DNA of 64,000 nucleotides from Macrostomum hystrix. Taxonomy: Eukaryota > Animalia > Platyhelminthes. Where the stretch lies: NCBI GenBank assembly GCA_950097015.1, contig CATNEN010000012.1, positions 1,550,001-1,614,000 on the forward strand, written 5' to 3'. The position numbers were made by a program, and so were the translations under genes. Each line of letters starts with the position of its first letter. The stretch's first letter is position 1. This document shows positions 50,701 through 62,345 of the stretch, in pieces. Below the pieces are notes generated by a model. That model searched no databases. It was not told the origin of the DNA and was given only the letters and a program-made list of their open reading frames with translations.

Positions 50701-53700
50701 TAACTGATAACTAGTGCCAATTCCATCGCCAAAATCTTATTCTGTTCTCTGCTTCTCCTGCATCCCTTCCCTCTCAATTCCTTCATATCTTATCTCATTC
50801 CCTTCATCTCATAAAGTCCGCACATAAAAATAATTTTTTAATCAGTCATTTGTTTGAAATTAGCTGTGCTAAGTATTCTGGCTCATTGCCAAGAACGCAC
50901 CAATGGTATCGTTATGTGTAAATTGTTTAAAATGATTTCTGCTTTCTTTTTTAGCATCTGCCTGTCTTTCTCTCTGCCCTAGCCACAAACACCAGTGTGC
51001 CATGTGCAGAAGCTGCAATATGTGACTAATATATATATGGTAGCTACTGTAGGAAAATATCTAGCAGCCTTCCCATCGAACGCAGAACACTAACTAGCCC
51101 CCAGGCCAGTCTATACTAGCTAGTGCCTCTAATCGTAGACTTGCCTTGCCAGTCTTAGCTGGCAGGTGCCGAAAACAGTCTTGTATTTTCTCAGTCTCTT
51201 TAAATTTTAGAAAAATATGAATTTTGGAAAACGTGCCTCATTACTGATCTGTGGCCCTTGTTAGTCGAAACAGCAAGCTGACATTTCACTGTAATTCTTT
51301 GATTCTCTGTTTTTTTGCTTCTCTGCCTCTCTCCCCTCCTTTCTCTCCCCCTGTTCTCTCCACTGCCTTTCTCTCCCCCGTTCTCTCCCCTACCTTTCTC
51401 TCCCCTACCTTTCTCTCCACTGCCTTTCTCTCCCCCGTTCTCTCCCCACCTTTCTCTCCCCTGCCTTTCTCTCCCCTGCCTTTCTCTCCACTGCCTTTTT
51501 TCTTCTCCGTTCTCTCTTCTCCTTTCTCTCCCCCGTTCTCTCCCCTATCTTTCTCTCCCCTACCTTTCTCTCCCCTGCCTTTCTCTCCACTGCCTTTTGT
51601 CTTCTCCGTTCTCTCTTCTCCTTTCTCTCCCCCGTTCTCTCCCCTACCTTTCTCTCCCCTACCTTTCTCTCCCCTGCCTTTCTCTCCACTGCCTTTTGTC
51701 TTCTTCCGTTTTCTTTTCTCCTTTCTCTCCCCCGTTCTCTCCCCTACCTTTCTCTCCCCTACCTTTCTCTCCCCTGCCTTTCTCCCCTGCCTTTCTCTCT
51801 CCTACCTTTCTCTCCTGTCTCTCTCCCCTGCCTTATCTATCCTTACCTTTCTCCCCTGCCTTATCTCTCCCTACCTTCCTCTCCTCTGCCTTTCTCTCCC
51901 CTGCCTTTCTATCTCGTGCCTTTCTCCCTCCCTGCCTATCTTTCTCTCTCCTCTCCCTGAAGTGCTTAAAGCACGCATAGGAAATATATTCTTATATCCC
52001 ACTGGCCTAACATAGGCTTGCTGTCAGTCAGCATTATCTGGCATTCTGCGGCTGTCCTCGACTGCATTCAGTTTGGCAGCTTCATCCCGCAGCCACAGGA
52101 AATTGGCATTACGGCTGATATTAAAGCCAAGCGAAGCTGAACCCACTGGCTTCCTCTGTTGATCCGAGCCATTGGATTATGCAAGCTCGATGGGCCGTAA
52201 AAAAGCCTTGCAGCTCCTTCTTTCTTTGCCTAGACTTTCCTGTTTTTATTCCAGGCCCTTTTCTAATTCAAAATCTTCCTCAGCTTCAGCTTCCCATGGG
52301 ATGTCTCGAACACTGGAGTGGGGAATGCGGACGGTAAGAGGATCCCCTGGCGTCCTCGAGTAAACTTCCTGGATCTTTTATCCCCAGCAGTCTCTTTTGG
52401 TATGGATCTGTACATTATGTATGCGATATAAATGTACCAGTTGCGTAAATTGAATTAAGCATGCAGACAGTGTCTTCTCACACAATTTGATCTAGCCAAG
52501 GACTAATTGTCAGAGTAAGCAACCAAAATTACTTTGAAATGTTTTTCAAATGCACTTTATAACTTTATATCTATAAGTAAGACAGACACATACAAATCGA
52601 AGCAGACAGAATCGGAAAGACAGAAACTTGGACAGATGTGTGTAGACTGACTCAGAAAGAGAGACAGGTGGACAGATCCGTGCAGACAGACTCGGAAAGA
52701 CAGTCACATGGAACAGATCTTTGCAGACAGAATCGAAAAGAGAGACAGGTGGACAGATCCGTGCAGACAGACTCGGAAAGACAGTCACATGGAACAGATC
52801 TTTGCAGACAGAATCGAAAAGAGAGACATGTGGACAGATCAGTGCAGACAGACTCGGAAAGACAGTCACATGGAACAGATCTTTGCAGACAGAATCGAAA
52901 AGAGAGACAGGTGGACAGATCCGTGCAGACAGACTCGGAAAGACAGTCACATGGAACAGATCTTTGCAGACAGAATCGAAAAGAGAGACATGTGGACAGA
53001 TCAGTGCAGACAGAATCGGAAAGACAGTCACATGGAACAGATCTTTGCAGACAGAATCGAAAAGAGAGACACGTGGACAGATCCGTGCAGACAGACTCGG
53101 AAAGAGAGACAGGTGGACAGATCCGTGCAGACAGACTCGTAAAGACAGTAATATGGAACAGATCTTTGCAGACTGAATCGAAAAGAGAGACAGGTGGACA
53201 GATCTTTGCAGACAGAATCGGAAAGAGAGACATGTGGACAGATCAGTGCAGACAGAATCAGAAAGAGAGACAGGTGGACAGATCCGTGCAGACAGACTCG
53301 TAAAGACAGTCACATGGAACAGATCTTTGCAGACAGAATCGAAAAGAGAGACAGGTGGACAGATCCGTGCAGACAGAATCGGAAAGAGAGACAGGTGGAC
53401 AGATCCGTGCAGACAGAATCGGAAAGAGAGACAGGTGGACAGATCCGTGCAGACAGACTCGGAAGGAGAGACATGTGGACAGATTCGTGCAGACAGACTC
53501 AGGAAGACAGTCGCATTGACAAATCCGAGCAGACAGTTAAGTAAAAACGGTCACATGGACCGATCCGTGCTTGACAGACAGACTCGGAAAGACAGGCATA
53601 TGGACATATGCGTGCAGACAGACTCGGAAAGAGAGACATGTGGACAGATCCGTGCAGACAGACTCGGAAAGAGAGACACATGGACAGATCCATGCAGACA

Positions 53701-56700
53701 GACTCGGAAAGACAGGCACATGAACAGATCTAAAGAGACAGAATCGGATAGAAACGCATGTACAGATCCTTGCAGACGGGCTCAGTAAGACAGACTAGGG
53801 AACTAGTAAATTCAGATTAGGGAATACTGACAAGGCCCAATAACAGAAGGAAGGAAGTTTATTGAGAAGTCTCCAAAATCTCCTCAATCCAGGCTAGCTT
53901 CCTAGGCGCTCGCGGCTTCGCCGACGACAAGTTCATGCAGAAGTTCACCTCGGAGACTGTGATGTTCTATCAGTTCTGCCAGACTCGCGGTCCGCCGTTT
54001 CGCGTCACGGATATCTTCGACGACGAATACGCCGGCTTGGCCGAGCGGCTTGCAGCCGAAGCTGCCGACCCGGCCGTGAGGCGGGAGCGCATCGACCGGC
54101 TGGCCCTGCGGCTGTACGAGAACGAGAATTCGTCTGGAGCTGCCCGATTTCAGAAGATCATACCGCAGCCGGCCGAGGGCGCCGATCAGCGCCTTTATCA
54201 GCTGCCGTTTCCTCTGCTCAACGCCGAGCTGGTTGGCCAGGTCATCGCAGGTGCGCTTACAAAGCAGCCAGTCATGCAGAAGTGAGCGCGATTTTTTTAC
54301 ATGCTGATGCCCCCCTATCCCATCTCTCATTTTTTCTTTTTCGTCGTTCTTTACCATTCTCTTCTGATGCCATTCATAACTGAAATCCTCTTCACTCCTC
54401 CTCTCCCATCTTCGCCTCTTGTCTCTTCCCCCTCTCTCTTCCTCCTCTCTCTTCCCCCTCTCTCTTCCCCCTCTCTCTTCCCCCTCTCTCTTCCTCCTCT
54501 CTCTTCTCCCTCTCTCTCCCCCCTCTCTCTTCCCCCTCTCTCTTCCCCCTCTCTCTTCCTCCTCTCTCTTCCCCCTCTCTCTTCCCCCTCTCTCTTCCCC
54601 CTCTCTCTTCCCCCTCTTACAAATGCTTGTGTATTATTACATAGTTATTAAGAAAGGGTTACCTATTTTACCCAATTCAAACCAACAGGCTGGCCACTCG
54701 GGTGCAGCAGCAGTGTCGCATTGTGCGGTCCGGCCAGCGTCTCGAAGAGCTTCGACCGAAGCCTCGTTCAGCGCATCACCAGATGAATGACCGCCAGAAG
54801 CTAGACATCATGGAGGCCTGCGTGCGCAGCATCTTCGAGGGTCGCATCGCAGAGGCCAATAAGAGGGTGAAGGCCGTGAAGCGCGACCTAATCAGCCGGT
54901 GGTGTCGCCTGCGCATGGTGTCCCTGCTCAACGAGTTCGTCTGTCAGCGTGGCTACCGGACTCTGGATCAGCAACCCTTTGAGCTGGTTAGTGAGCATGC
55001 TCACCCTACACCTGCTCACCCTACACCTGCTCACCCTACACCTGCTCACCCTACACCTGCTCATCCTACCCTGCTCACCCTACACCTGCTCACCCTACAC
55101 CTGCTCACCCTACACCTGCTCATCCTACCCTGCTCACCCTACACCTGCTCACCCTACCCTGCTCACCCTACACCTGCTCACCCTACCCTGCTCACCTTAC
55201 CCTACTCACCCCGACCTTCCCTGACCTGCTCACCCTACCTAGCTCACCCTACTCTGCTCACCCTACCCTGCTCACCCTTCCCTGCTCACCTTACCCGACT
55301 CACCATGACCTGCCCTGACCTGCTCACCCTGCCCTACGTTACAATATTGCATTGAAGTGCTCTATCTAGAATCCCAACCCGTCCACCCGCCGCAGGTGTG
55401 CGAGCTGCTGGTGCACGCCTTAAAACTGGACACACAGCAGGACGAATGCGAGTGCGCCCTGCTCACCCTACCGCTGCTCATCACGCTACACTGTGTGCTG
55501 CCATCGGCTGAGGGCCCGGACTCCCAGCTAGAGCTGCTAGCCTGCATGACCGAGGAGGTGCAGTCCTGCCCTGCCTGGCTGTCTGACGCCTTCTGGCACT
55601 GGGCCTTCAATCGCTTCGTGCAGGACGACCTGCGCAAGCTTTACCTGGATGAATGGCGCAAACGCATGGGACTGGCCGAAGTGAGGGCTCTTGGCTATTA
55701 AAGTACTTCTCTATTCCCAGTTAATCTTATGTCTATTATGCGTATATCCTGCATTACATTACCTGATTTCCCATATTCGTTTTTTTGTATCCGAAAACTC
55801 ATTCTCCGTATATCCTACCGTTTTATTCCCCATATTCCATTCTCTTCCCTATCCTATTTTCATATTACCTATCCTACCTATTACCTATTACATATTACCT
55901 ATTCCCTATCCTACTGTTTGTTCTATTCCCTATCCTACTGTTCTATTCCCTATCCTACTGTTTGTTCTATTCCCTATCCTACTGTTCTATTCCCTATCCT
56001 ACTATTCTATTCCCTATCCTACTGTTCTATTCCCTATCCTACTATTCTATTCCCTATCCTACTGTTCTATTACCTATCCTACTATTCTATTCCCTATCCT
56101 ACTGTTTGTTCTATTCCCTATCCTACTGTTCTATTCCCTATCCTACTGTTTGTTCTACTCCCTATCCTACTGTTCTATTCCCTATCCTACTGTTTGTTCT
56201 ATTCCCTATCCTACTGTTCTATTCCCTATCCTACTGTTCTATTCCCTATCCTACTGTTCTATTCCCTATCCTACTGTTCTATTCCCTATCCTACTGTTCT
56301 ATTCCCTATCCTACTGTTCTATTCCCTATCCTACTGTTCTATTCCCTATCCTACTGTTCTATTCCCTATCCTACTGTTCTATTCCCTATCCTACTGTTCT
56401 ATTCCCTATTCTACTGTTCTATTCCCTATCCTACTGTTCTATTCCCTATCCTACTGTTCTATTCCCTATTCTACTGTCCAACTCCAAATCCGTCGAACCC
56501 GCAGGAGTCCGAAGAGGACAGCGGCGATCTGTCCGCCCTTGACGTAGCCGCCAAGGTGATGTCCCGCTATCAGGACCTCGGCGAAGAGGAGCGTCAGGCT
56601 CTGCAGCGCTGCGAAGAGGACTCGCTTGAGAACATCGCCAATGACTTCATCTTCCGTCTGGTGATGCTTCGGGTGCCCCTGGACAGGAGCCGGCGCCGGC

Positions 56701-59700
56701 TGGAGTCTCGGAGCGGAGGCGGCGGCGGCGGCTCCCGCCTATTGATGGACACGGGCTGTGACAACAACTCCAGCTCGCAGCACACGTCCGGCGCCGGCGA
56801 GGCCGACTCAATCGACAAGGAGTCCGGCATCTGCGTCGACTCCAACGAAGCCTTCGTCCTGGAGCTGGAGGCCTGGGTCAAGGAGAAATTCCTAGATAGG
56901 GTGTGCTCAGAGAATCGCCTGTCTGTTGAGAGGGCCGATAGATTGAAATCGAAATTGCACGATTTTATTAACTATGTGCACCTGGAGAATGTGGACAACA
57001 TCTGGGCTGAGTATCGCAAGATACCAAAATCGCAGAAGGCCAAGATTCTGCCGCCAGCCCTGCTTCCAGGCGAGCGCCATTTGGTTGCTAAGCCGTTGCG
57101 AGCCTATTTGTATCCGGATGGCAGGCGCGAGCCAATCCGCTTCGAGCTGGACTCCAGCGGCGCCGACTACGCCGAAACTGCCTCCGCCGCTGCCGCTGTC
57201 GCCGCCGCTACGGCTGGCCACGGCTCGACGCTGTCTGACGACGAGCTGACGCAGGACATCGCCTGGCTGCCTGCCGAGGGGATATTTATCCTCACCAACT
57301 ATCGGTTTGTTAATTTCTTTTTAGTTTATGTTGTCTCTTACAGTAGATTGTAGTCTGATGTCGGTGGCAGTCGAATGTCAGCGTCATTTGAATGTCGGTG
57401 ACAGTAGATTGTCTATGTCAGTAGAATGTCGGTGAAAGTAGACTTCTATGTCAGTAGAGTGGCAGTCGAATATCGGCCATGTTAGTCGAATATCTTTTTT
57501 GCACGCTCTTTATTAAGAAAAAATCCCATTCTTAACCATGCAAATCTTCCTTCGCTTTTAGCATAATCTTCAAAGGCGTGCCCTCCAACGTGCTGCAGTC
57601 GGAGAAGGTGATAGTTCGCTACTTTCCGCTGGCCGCTCTGTACAAAATCAAACGGCTGGGCAAGGCGGAGCGGGATCCCATACTGCTGCCTACAGTGCAG
57701 AACCGGCATTCGGTTCGGGAACAGGTACTGTTTAAATCGGTCACCTTCGAGGCGTTGAAGATTGGCTTCGACGCTGCCGAAGATGAAATTGCCGAATTGT
57801 TGGACAGCGTCAAGGCCATCCGGTATCCGGCCGCCAACGGCGTTGGCGGAAACGGCGGCGCCGGCGGAACTAGTGCCGGCGGCGGTATTGTCAGCGGCGG
57901 CGGCGGCAGCGCCGGCATCCGGGCATATTTTTTTCCGGGCGTCAATCGCTGCACAGCCGAGTTGGCGGCCAATCAGGACGCGGCTCTGGCCGACCGGAAG
58001 CGTAAACTTAAGCAGACAACACTGACGTGAGTCTGCAGTTCGATGTCTATGTCTGGGGAGTTTTGTGGGGGTGAGTGACAGACCGGTTTAACTAGTTTGT
58101 CCCACGCACCAAGGTCTCTGAGCTCGTGATCTGTGTGCGTGTGTTCTCAGGAGGCAGCAAAATGGGCTGCGGGTCTAGTATCACTAAATAATGCGCCATT
58201 GCCCGCAGCAGTCCTGTAAATATTATTATCTTTTTACTAGGAAATTTTGTGTATTTATTTTTAGGGCGTCCGTTTTTCGTTGGATTTGTACATTTTTGCA
58301 AGGGTTTTTAGTTTCTGTCTTACGAGCGTATTATATTTGTGTCGTCTGAAGAGTTTAGTGTTTATTAATCGGCTGTACGACAATGTGACTTTATTAATTT
58401 GACTGCCTACAAAAAGCCTTACTCATTAATTACTCATCCAGGCGAATCATGAAGGGCACCGCCAATGCGGCCCAGCGGGTGGGCTTGAAACGTCGGACCC
58501 TGCAGCAGCCGTCGAGCAGCGTCGGCCTATTCAGCGGCGTCGGTTTCCGACCTTCCGAGTCGGATGCTTCGAGCAATCGGTCCAGCGTGATCACTGAAGA
58601 AAGTGGTGAGTCTGACTAATCTCTGGTTATGAAGCCGATCGCTAATTGGTCGATAAAAAAGCCGTGCAATAATTGACCAACTAAAAGCCAATCTATAATT
58701 AGTCACTTAAAAACCAATTGATAATTAATCATTTAAAGAACCCGATCCATAATTAGTCATTTTAAAAACCCGATCCATAATTAGTCATTTTAAAAACCCG
58801 ATCCATAATTAGTCATTTTAAAAAACGATCGATAATTAGTCATTAAAAAAAACCCGATCGATAATTAGTCATAAAAAACCTATCAATAATTCGTCATTTA
58901 AATAAACCCAATCGATAATTGGTCATTAAAAACCGATCGATAATTTGTCGTTAAAAACCCGATCGATAATTAGTCATTTAAAAAACCAATTGATAATTAG
59001 TCATTTAAAAAACCAATCGATAATTAGTCATTTAAAAAACCGATCGATAATTTGTCATTTAAAAAACCGATCGATAATTAGTCATTTAAAAAACCGATCG
59101 ATAATTTGTCATTTAAAAAACCGATCGATAATTAGTCAATTGAAACGCCGATCGATAATGATTGGCCAATGCGATTAAGAACCTACCATGTAGTGTTCTA
59201 TAAAGAATTGGCCTAAAGAAACGAAAGCTCTTTTTTAAAGCTTTAGTGCTCTTTTACCGAAGCCAGTCTACTTCACCCGGGCCCATCTGTAGACGCTGCG
59301 CCGCACCGTCCGTTTAGTCAGCAACAGCAGCAGTCTCATCAGCAGTCGTCCGAGCTGCTTCGCAGCCTGCTCCGTTCGCCAGCCTACGAAGACCTTCGCC
59401 GACTAGACCTGTTGCCTATGCATCAGCATCACCACAGTCCGCATCACTCTGCGTCTAGTCCGCTGCTTCAGCAGGATGTTCGCGTCAGCTCGCTGAACTT
59501 CTCGCACGATCTGGTGCCAAGCTACCCTGCGCTGCTGTCTGTCCCTGCTGGCGTCTCCGACGACGCTTTGAAACGGCTGGCCAGAGCTCACCGACAATGC
59601 CGCTTCCCTGTGCTCACCTGGCGTTGCGCAAACACCGGTGCCCTGCTGCTGCGTTCGGGTGGATTTCAGGTATGCTGCTCAATTAGCATCTCATCCTGCT

Positions 59701-61229
59701 GCTCAATTAGCATCTCATCCTGCTGCTCAATTAGCATCTCATCCTGCTGCTCAATTAGCATCTCATCCTGCTGCTCAATTAGCATCTCATCCTGCTGCTC
59801 AATTAGCATCTCATCCTGCTGCTCAATTAGCATCTCATCCTGCTGCTCAATTAGCATCTCATCCTGCTGCTCTATTAGCATCTCATCCTGATGCTCAATT
59901 AGCATCTCATCCTGATGCTCAATTAGCATCTCATCCTGCTGCTCAATTAGCATCTCATCCTGATGCTCAATTAGCATCTCATCCTGCTGCTCAATTAGCA
60001 TCTCATCCTGCTGCTCAATTAGCATCTCATCCTGATGCTCAATTAGCATCTCATCCTGATGCTCAATTAGCATCTCATCCTGATGCTCAATTAGCATCTC
60101 ATCCTGCTGCTCAATTAGCATCTCATCCTGATGCTCAATTAGCATCTCATCCTGCTGCTCAATTAGCATCTCATCCTGCTGCTCAATTAGCATCTCATCC
60201 TGCTGCTCAATTAGCATCTCATCCTGATGCTCAATTAGCATCTCATCCTGCTGCTCAATTAGCATCTCATCCTGCTGCTCAATTAGCATCTCATCCTGCT
60301 GCTCTATTAGCATCTCATCCTGATGCTCAATTAGCATCTCATCCTGATGCTCAATTAGCATCTCATCCTGCTGCTCAATTAGCATCTCATCCTGATGCTC
60401 AATTAGCATCTCATCCTGCTGCTCAATTAGCATCTCATCCTGCTGCTCAATTAGCATCTCATCCTGATGCTCAATTAGCATCTCATCCTGCTGCTCAATT
60501 AGCATCTCATCCTGCTGCTCAATTAGCATCTCATCCTGCTGCTCTATTAGCATCTCATCCTGCTGCTCTATTAGCATCTCATCCTGATGCTCAATTAGCA
60601 TCTCATCCTGATGCTCAATTAGCATCTCATCCTGCTGCTCAATTAGCATCTCATCCTGATGCTCAATTAGCATCTCATCCTGCTGCTCAATTAGCATCTC
60701 ATCCTGCTGCTCTATTAGCATCTCATCCTGCTGCTCAATTAGCATCTCATCCTGCTGCTCAATTAGCATCTCATCCTGCTGCTCTATTAGCGTCTCATCC
60801 TATCATTCTGCCCCACGGTTTCGCAGGCCAAAGCGGTGAACTTCACTCTCGCTGGAGGTCACCATCAGCAGCAGCAGCAGCAGGCACAGGACACTATTGG
60901 TGCTTCGTCGAGCGCGGCAGAATCCACTCTGTCGGATGAGCAGCAGCGCCTGTTCCAGGCTCTGGTTTCCGCCGCTGTCAGCTCCGCCGCAGCCGCAGCC
61001 GCTACCACCGCATCCACAGCTGTCGATGACGACTCCGCATCCGTGGGTGCGGCCGGTTTGTCTTCCTGGGCTCTAGCCACTCCGGTGCAGTCTCGCAGAG
61101 GCCGCTCGCCAACAAACAGTTCCACTGGCGGTGGCGGTGGCGGCGGCGGCCTCGGCTTCAATAGATTCCTCAGCTCGATGCGATCCTCCACCAGCGCCGC
61201 CTCCGGCACCTCCATCGGCAGGAGCAAAA
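27147..61229 (+). CDS. SBF: SET-binding factor / myotubularin-related pseudophosphatase (SBF1/MTMR5 or SBF2/MTMR13 type; DENN, SBF2, GRAM and start of myotubularin domain); continues past the window
   Basis: Exons 27147-27204, 28416-28978, 29469-29671, 30484-30727, 32967-33257, 53893-54281, 54689-54986, 55396-55680, 56505-57304, 57562-58026, 58442-58605, 59263-59669 and 60827-61229 are all phase-compatible. Motifs: MSRLADY, IQRFP..WDD..ELFCQPCGW, LFRQLGIHN, VPILP, ADYAFPP, DKQIRAVF, GYRSCL..ISFHK, RGPPFR..DIFDD, LPAEG.FILTNYRIIFKG, SYPALLSVP, RFPVLTW, LLLRSGGF. The catalytic-site region is not in the window, so the pseudophosphatase status cannot be checked. Confidence 0.95.
29765..30452. repeat. 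32-bp tandem repeat (about 21 copies), SBF intron 3
   Basis: Unit CCCAGCCTGATCTGCTTCATCATTCTCCCCAA. Confidence 0.95.
30812..31625. repeat. 31-32-bp tandem repeat (about 26 copies), SBF intron 4
   Basis: Unit GTGAGATTTGTGAGGCCATCAC(C)TTCCTATGG. Confidence 0.95.
32243..32790. repeat. 32-bp tandem repeat (about 17 copies), SBF intron 4
   Basis: Unit CTTGTACACCTTGGGGAACATCGAGCTGGGAT. Confidence 0.95.
33640..34162. repeat. ~24-30-bp tandem repeat with variable poly-C tract, inside E3
   Basis: Unit CAGCAGCAGAGCAGTAATT(C)n. Confidence 0.93.
34165..35512. repeat. 21-bp tandem repeat (about 64 copies), inside E3
   Basis: Unit TTTAGAATACTGGTAAACACA. Confidence 0.95.
35703..35734. repeat. (CA)n microsatellite
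   Basis: Direct reading. Confidence 0.95.
36258..37078. repeat. 18-bp tandem repeat (about 45 copies), inside E2
   Basis: Unit CCCCCAGTTGACAATGAT. Confidence 0.95.
37079..38683. repeat. 23-bp tandem repeat (about 70 copies), inside E2
   Basis: Unit TGGTTTAGCCATGATTCAGACTC. Confidence 0.97.
40420..47532 (-). CDS. Helitron RepHel polyprotein (STPR-like repeats, OTU protease, Zn finger, HUH Rep, PIF1 helicase); 10 exons, about 1787 aa if one +1 frameshift is corrected
   Basis: Exons (minus) 47532-46958, 46735-46226, 46087-46022, 45864-45280, 45031-44247, 44017-43675, 43440-43122, 42941-41922, 41822-41426 and 41184-40420, with nine GT-AG introns. Motifs: CRHCNALHW..CC..GKV, RRYNLP, FQQYLVD, PDLFITATCNPKW, QKRGLPHVHIL (HUH), HGPCG, KYIIKY, DAPAGTGKT, LIVWDE, FGG..VV..GDFRQLLPV, NGTRL, QFPV..SFCLTVHKAQGQS, HGQLYTALSR. 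Confidence 0.95.
48183..48410. repeat. 23-bp tandem repeat (about 10 diverged copies), same unit as 37079-38683
   Basis: TGGTTTAGCCATGATTCAAACTC. Confidence 0.93.
50150..50667. repeat. 32-bp tandem repeat (about 16 copies)
   Basis: Unit TCATTAGTTGGGTCATTCTATTTCTAGGTTAG. Confidence 0.93.
51320..51958. repeat. CT-rich ~15-bp degenerate repeat
   Basis: CTTTCTCTCCCCTRC-like units. Confidence 0.88.
52600..53765. repeat. 40/41-bp tandem repeat, partly organised as an 81-bp dimeric higher-order repeat
   Basis: Subunits ACAGACTCGGAAAGACAGTCACATGGAACAGATCTTTGCAG (41) and ACAGAATCGAAAAGAGAGACAGGTGGACAGATCCGTGCAG (40); gives the 27-aa period of the shadow ORFs. Confidence 0.92.
54405..54615. repeat. 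13-bp CT repeat, SBF intron 6
   Basis: Unit CCCTCTCTCTTCC. Confidence 0.88.
54999..55335. repeat. 13-15-bp tandem repeat, SBF intron 7
   Basis: Unit CCTGCTCACCCTACA. Confidence 0.93.
55860..56476. repeat. 20-bp tandem repeat, SBF intron 8
   Basis: Unit TTCTATTCCCTATCCTACTG. Confidence 0.95.
58680..59165. repeat. 27-28-bp tandem repeat, SBF intron 11
   Basis: Unit AAAAACCGATCGATAATTAGTCATTTA. Confidence 0.92.
59674..60800. repeat. 24-bp tandem repeat (about 47 copies) filling SBF intron 12 almost end to end
   Basis: Unit GCTCAATTAGCATCTCATCCTGCT; starts 4 nt after the donor and ends about 25 nt before the acceptor. Confidence 0.97.
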
Positions 61230-61320
61230 GTGAGTTCTGGCTTTTCGGTGTGGGGCAAACATTGCTAACTACCAGCCCTTGAGTTCGAGGAATGTGATTA
61301 GGTAAATGAGTACTCTCATT

Positions 61321-61800
61321 CTTTATGAGCAAGTGGATGAGCGCTTTATGAGCAAGTGGATGAGCGCTTTATGAGCAAGTGGATGAGCACTTTATGAGCA
61401 AGTGGATGAGCGCTTTATGAGCAAGTGGATGAGCGCTTTATGAGCAAGTGGATGAGCACTTTATGAGCAAGTGGATAAGCACTTTATGAGCAAGTGGATG
61501 AGCGCTTTATGAGCAAGTGGATGAGCACTTTATGAGCAAGTGGATAAGCACTTTATGAGCAAGTGGATGAGCGCTTTATGAGCAAGTGGATAAGCACTTT
61601 ATGAGCAAGTGGATAAGCACTTTATGAGCAAGTGGATAAGCACTTTATGAGCAAGTGGATGAGCACTTTATGAGCAAGTGGATAAGCACTTTATGAGCAA
61701 GTGGATAAGCACTTTATGAGCAAGTGGATAAGCACTTTATGAGCAAGTGGATGAGCACTTTATGAGCAAGTGGATGAGCACTTTATGAGCAAGTGCATGA
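61321..61800. repeat. 23-bp tandem repeat (about 21 copies), SBF intron 13
   Basis: Unit CTTTATGAGCAAGTGGATGAGCG. Confidence 0.95.
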
Positions 61801-62288
61801 GTCTGAGTGAATGATGGGTAAGCGGCTAAGTATTGGAGTAAATTAATGACTGCATTATATGTCAATTTTATGTCTTTTTACTGAAAATTTCATTGAATTT
61901 AAATGTAAGAATGTCTTGTTATTTTCGGGTTCGTTTATTTTACTAGTAATTCTTGTATAGTATAATTTTTAAAGAATTTTTCATTAATTAGTATTAGCTG
62001 CTTGAGGACAATCGAACAATTTAGGCGTTTCTGTAATTAATAGTGATTGTTTTATTATTTTTCGCACATTTTGTATACTGCTATACACTTACACTACTTA
62101 TGCCTTTCAGATAATGGGTATTCATTTGTTGAGCACATTTTTGTATTATAATATTTCCTGCCTGGCGCAAGCAGATAGCTACGAGCGTATTATTAGCATG
62201 GGCTACAAGCTATTTCAGATACTTATCTCGTGTGTGTGTGCCTGTCTTAATATTTTCTTTAAAAATAATTTTGCTCTTATATTTTTAG

Positions 62289-62345
62289 TGCTCAGAAGAG
62301 TCTACTCGCCAATACTGGGCAGTAAACTGCACCGCCGCACCACCT
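62289..62345 (+). CDS. SBF: Candidate 57-nt SBF exon (LRRVYSPILGSKLHRRTT)
   Basis: TTTTTAG acceptor, GTATGT donor, phase 1-1 compatible with the donor at 61230. Confidence 0.55.

Noticed and set aside
49651-53892. A fourth Helitron upstream of E1, suggested by the CTTATA|TC junction
   Set aside because: No GC hairpin at the expected spacing from 49652 and no 5' TC module were found.
51251-60939. Long repetitive ORFs (SPLPF, QTDSER, YPTVLF, AQLASHP, EQQDEML)
   Set aside because: Intronic minisatellite read-through. The true exon boundaries are defined by splice sites and SBF homology.
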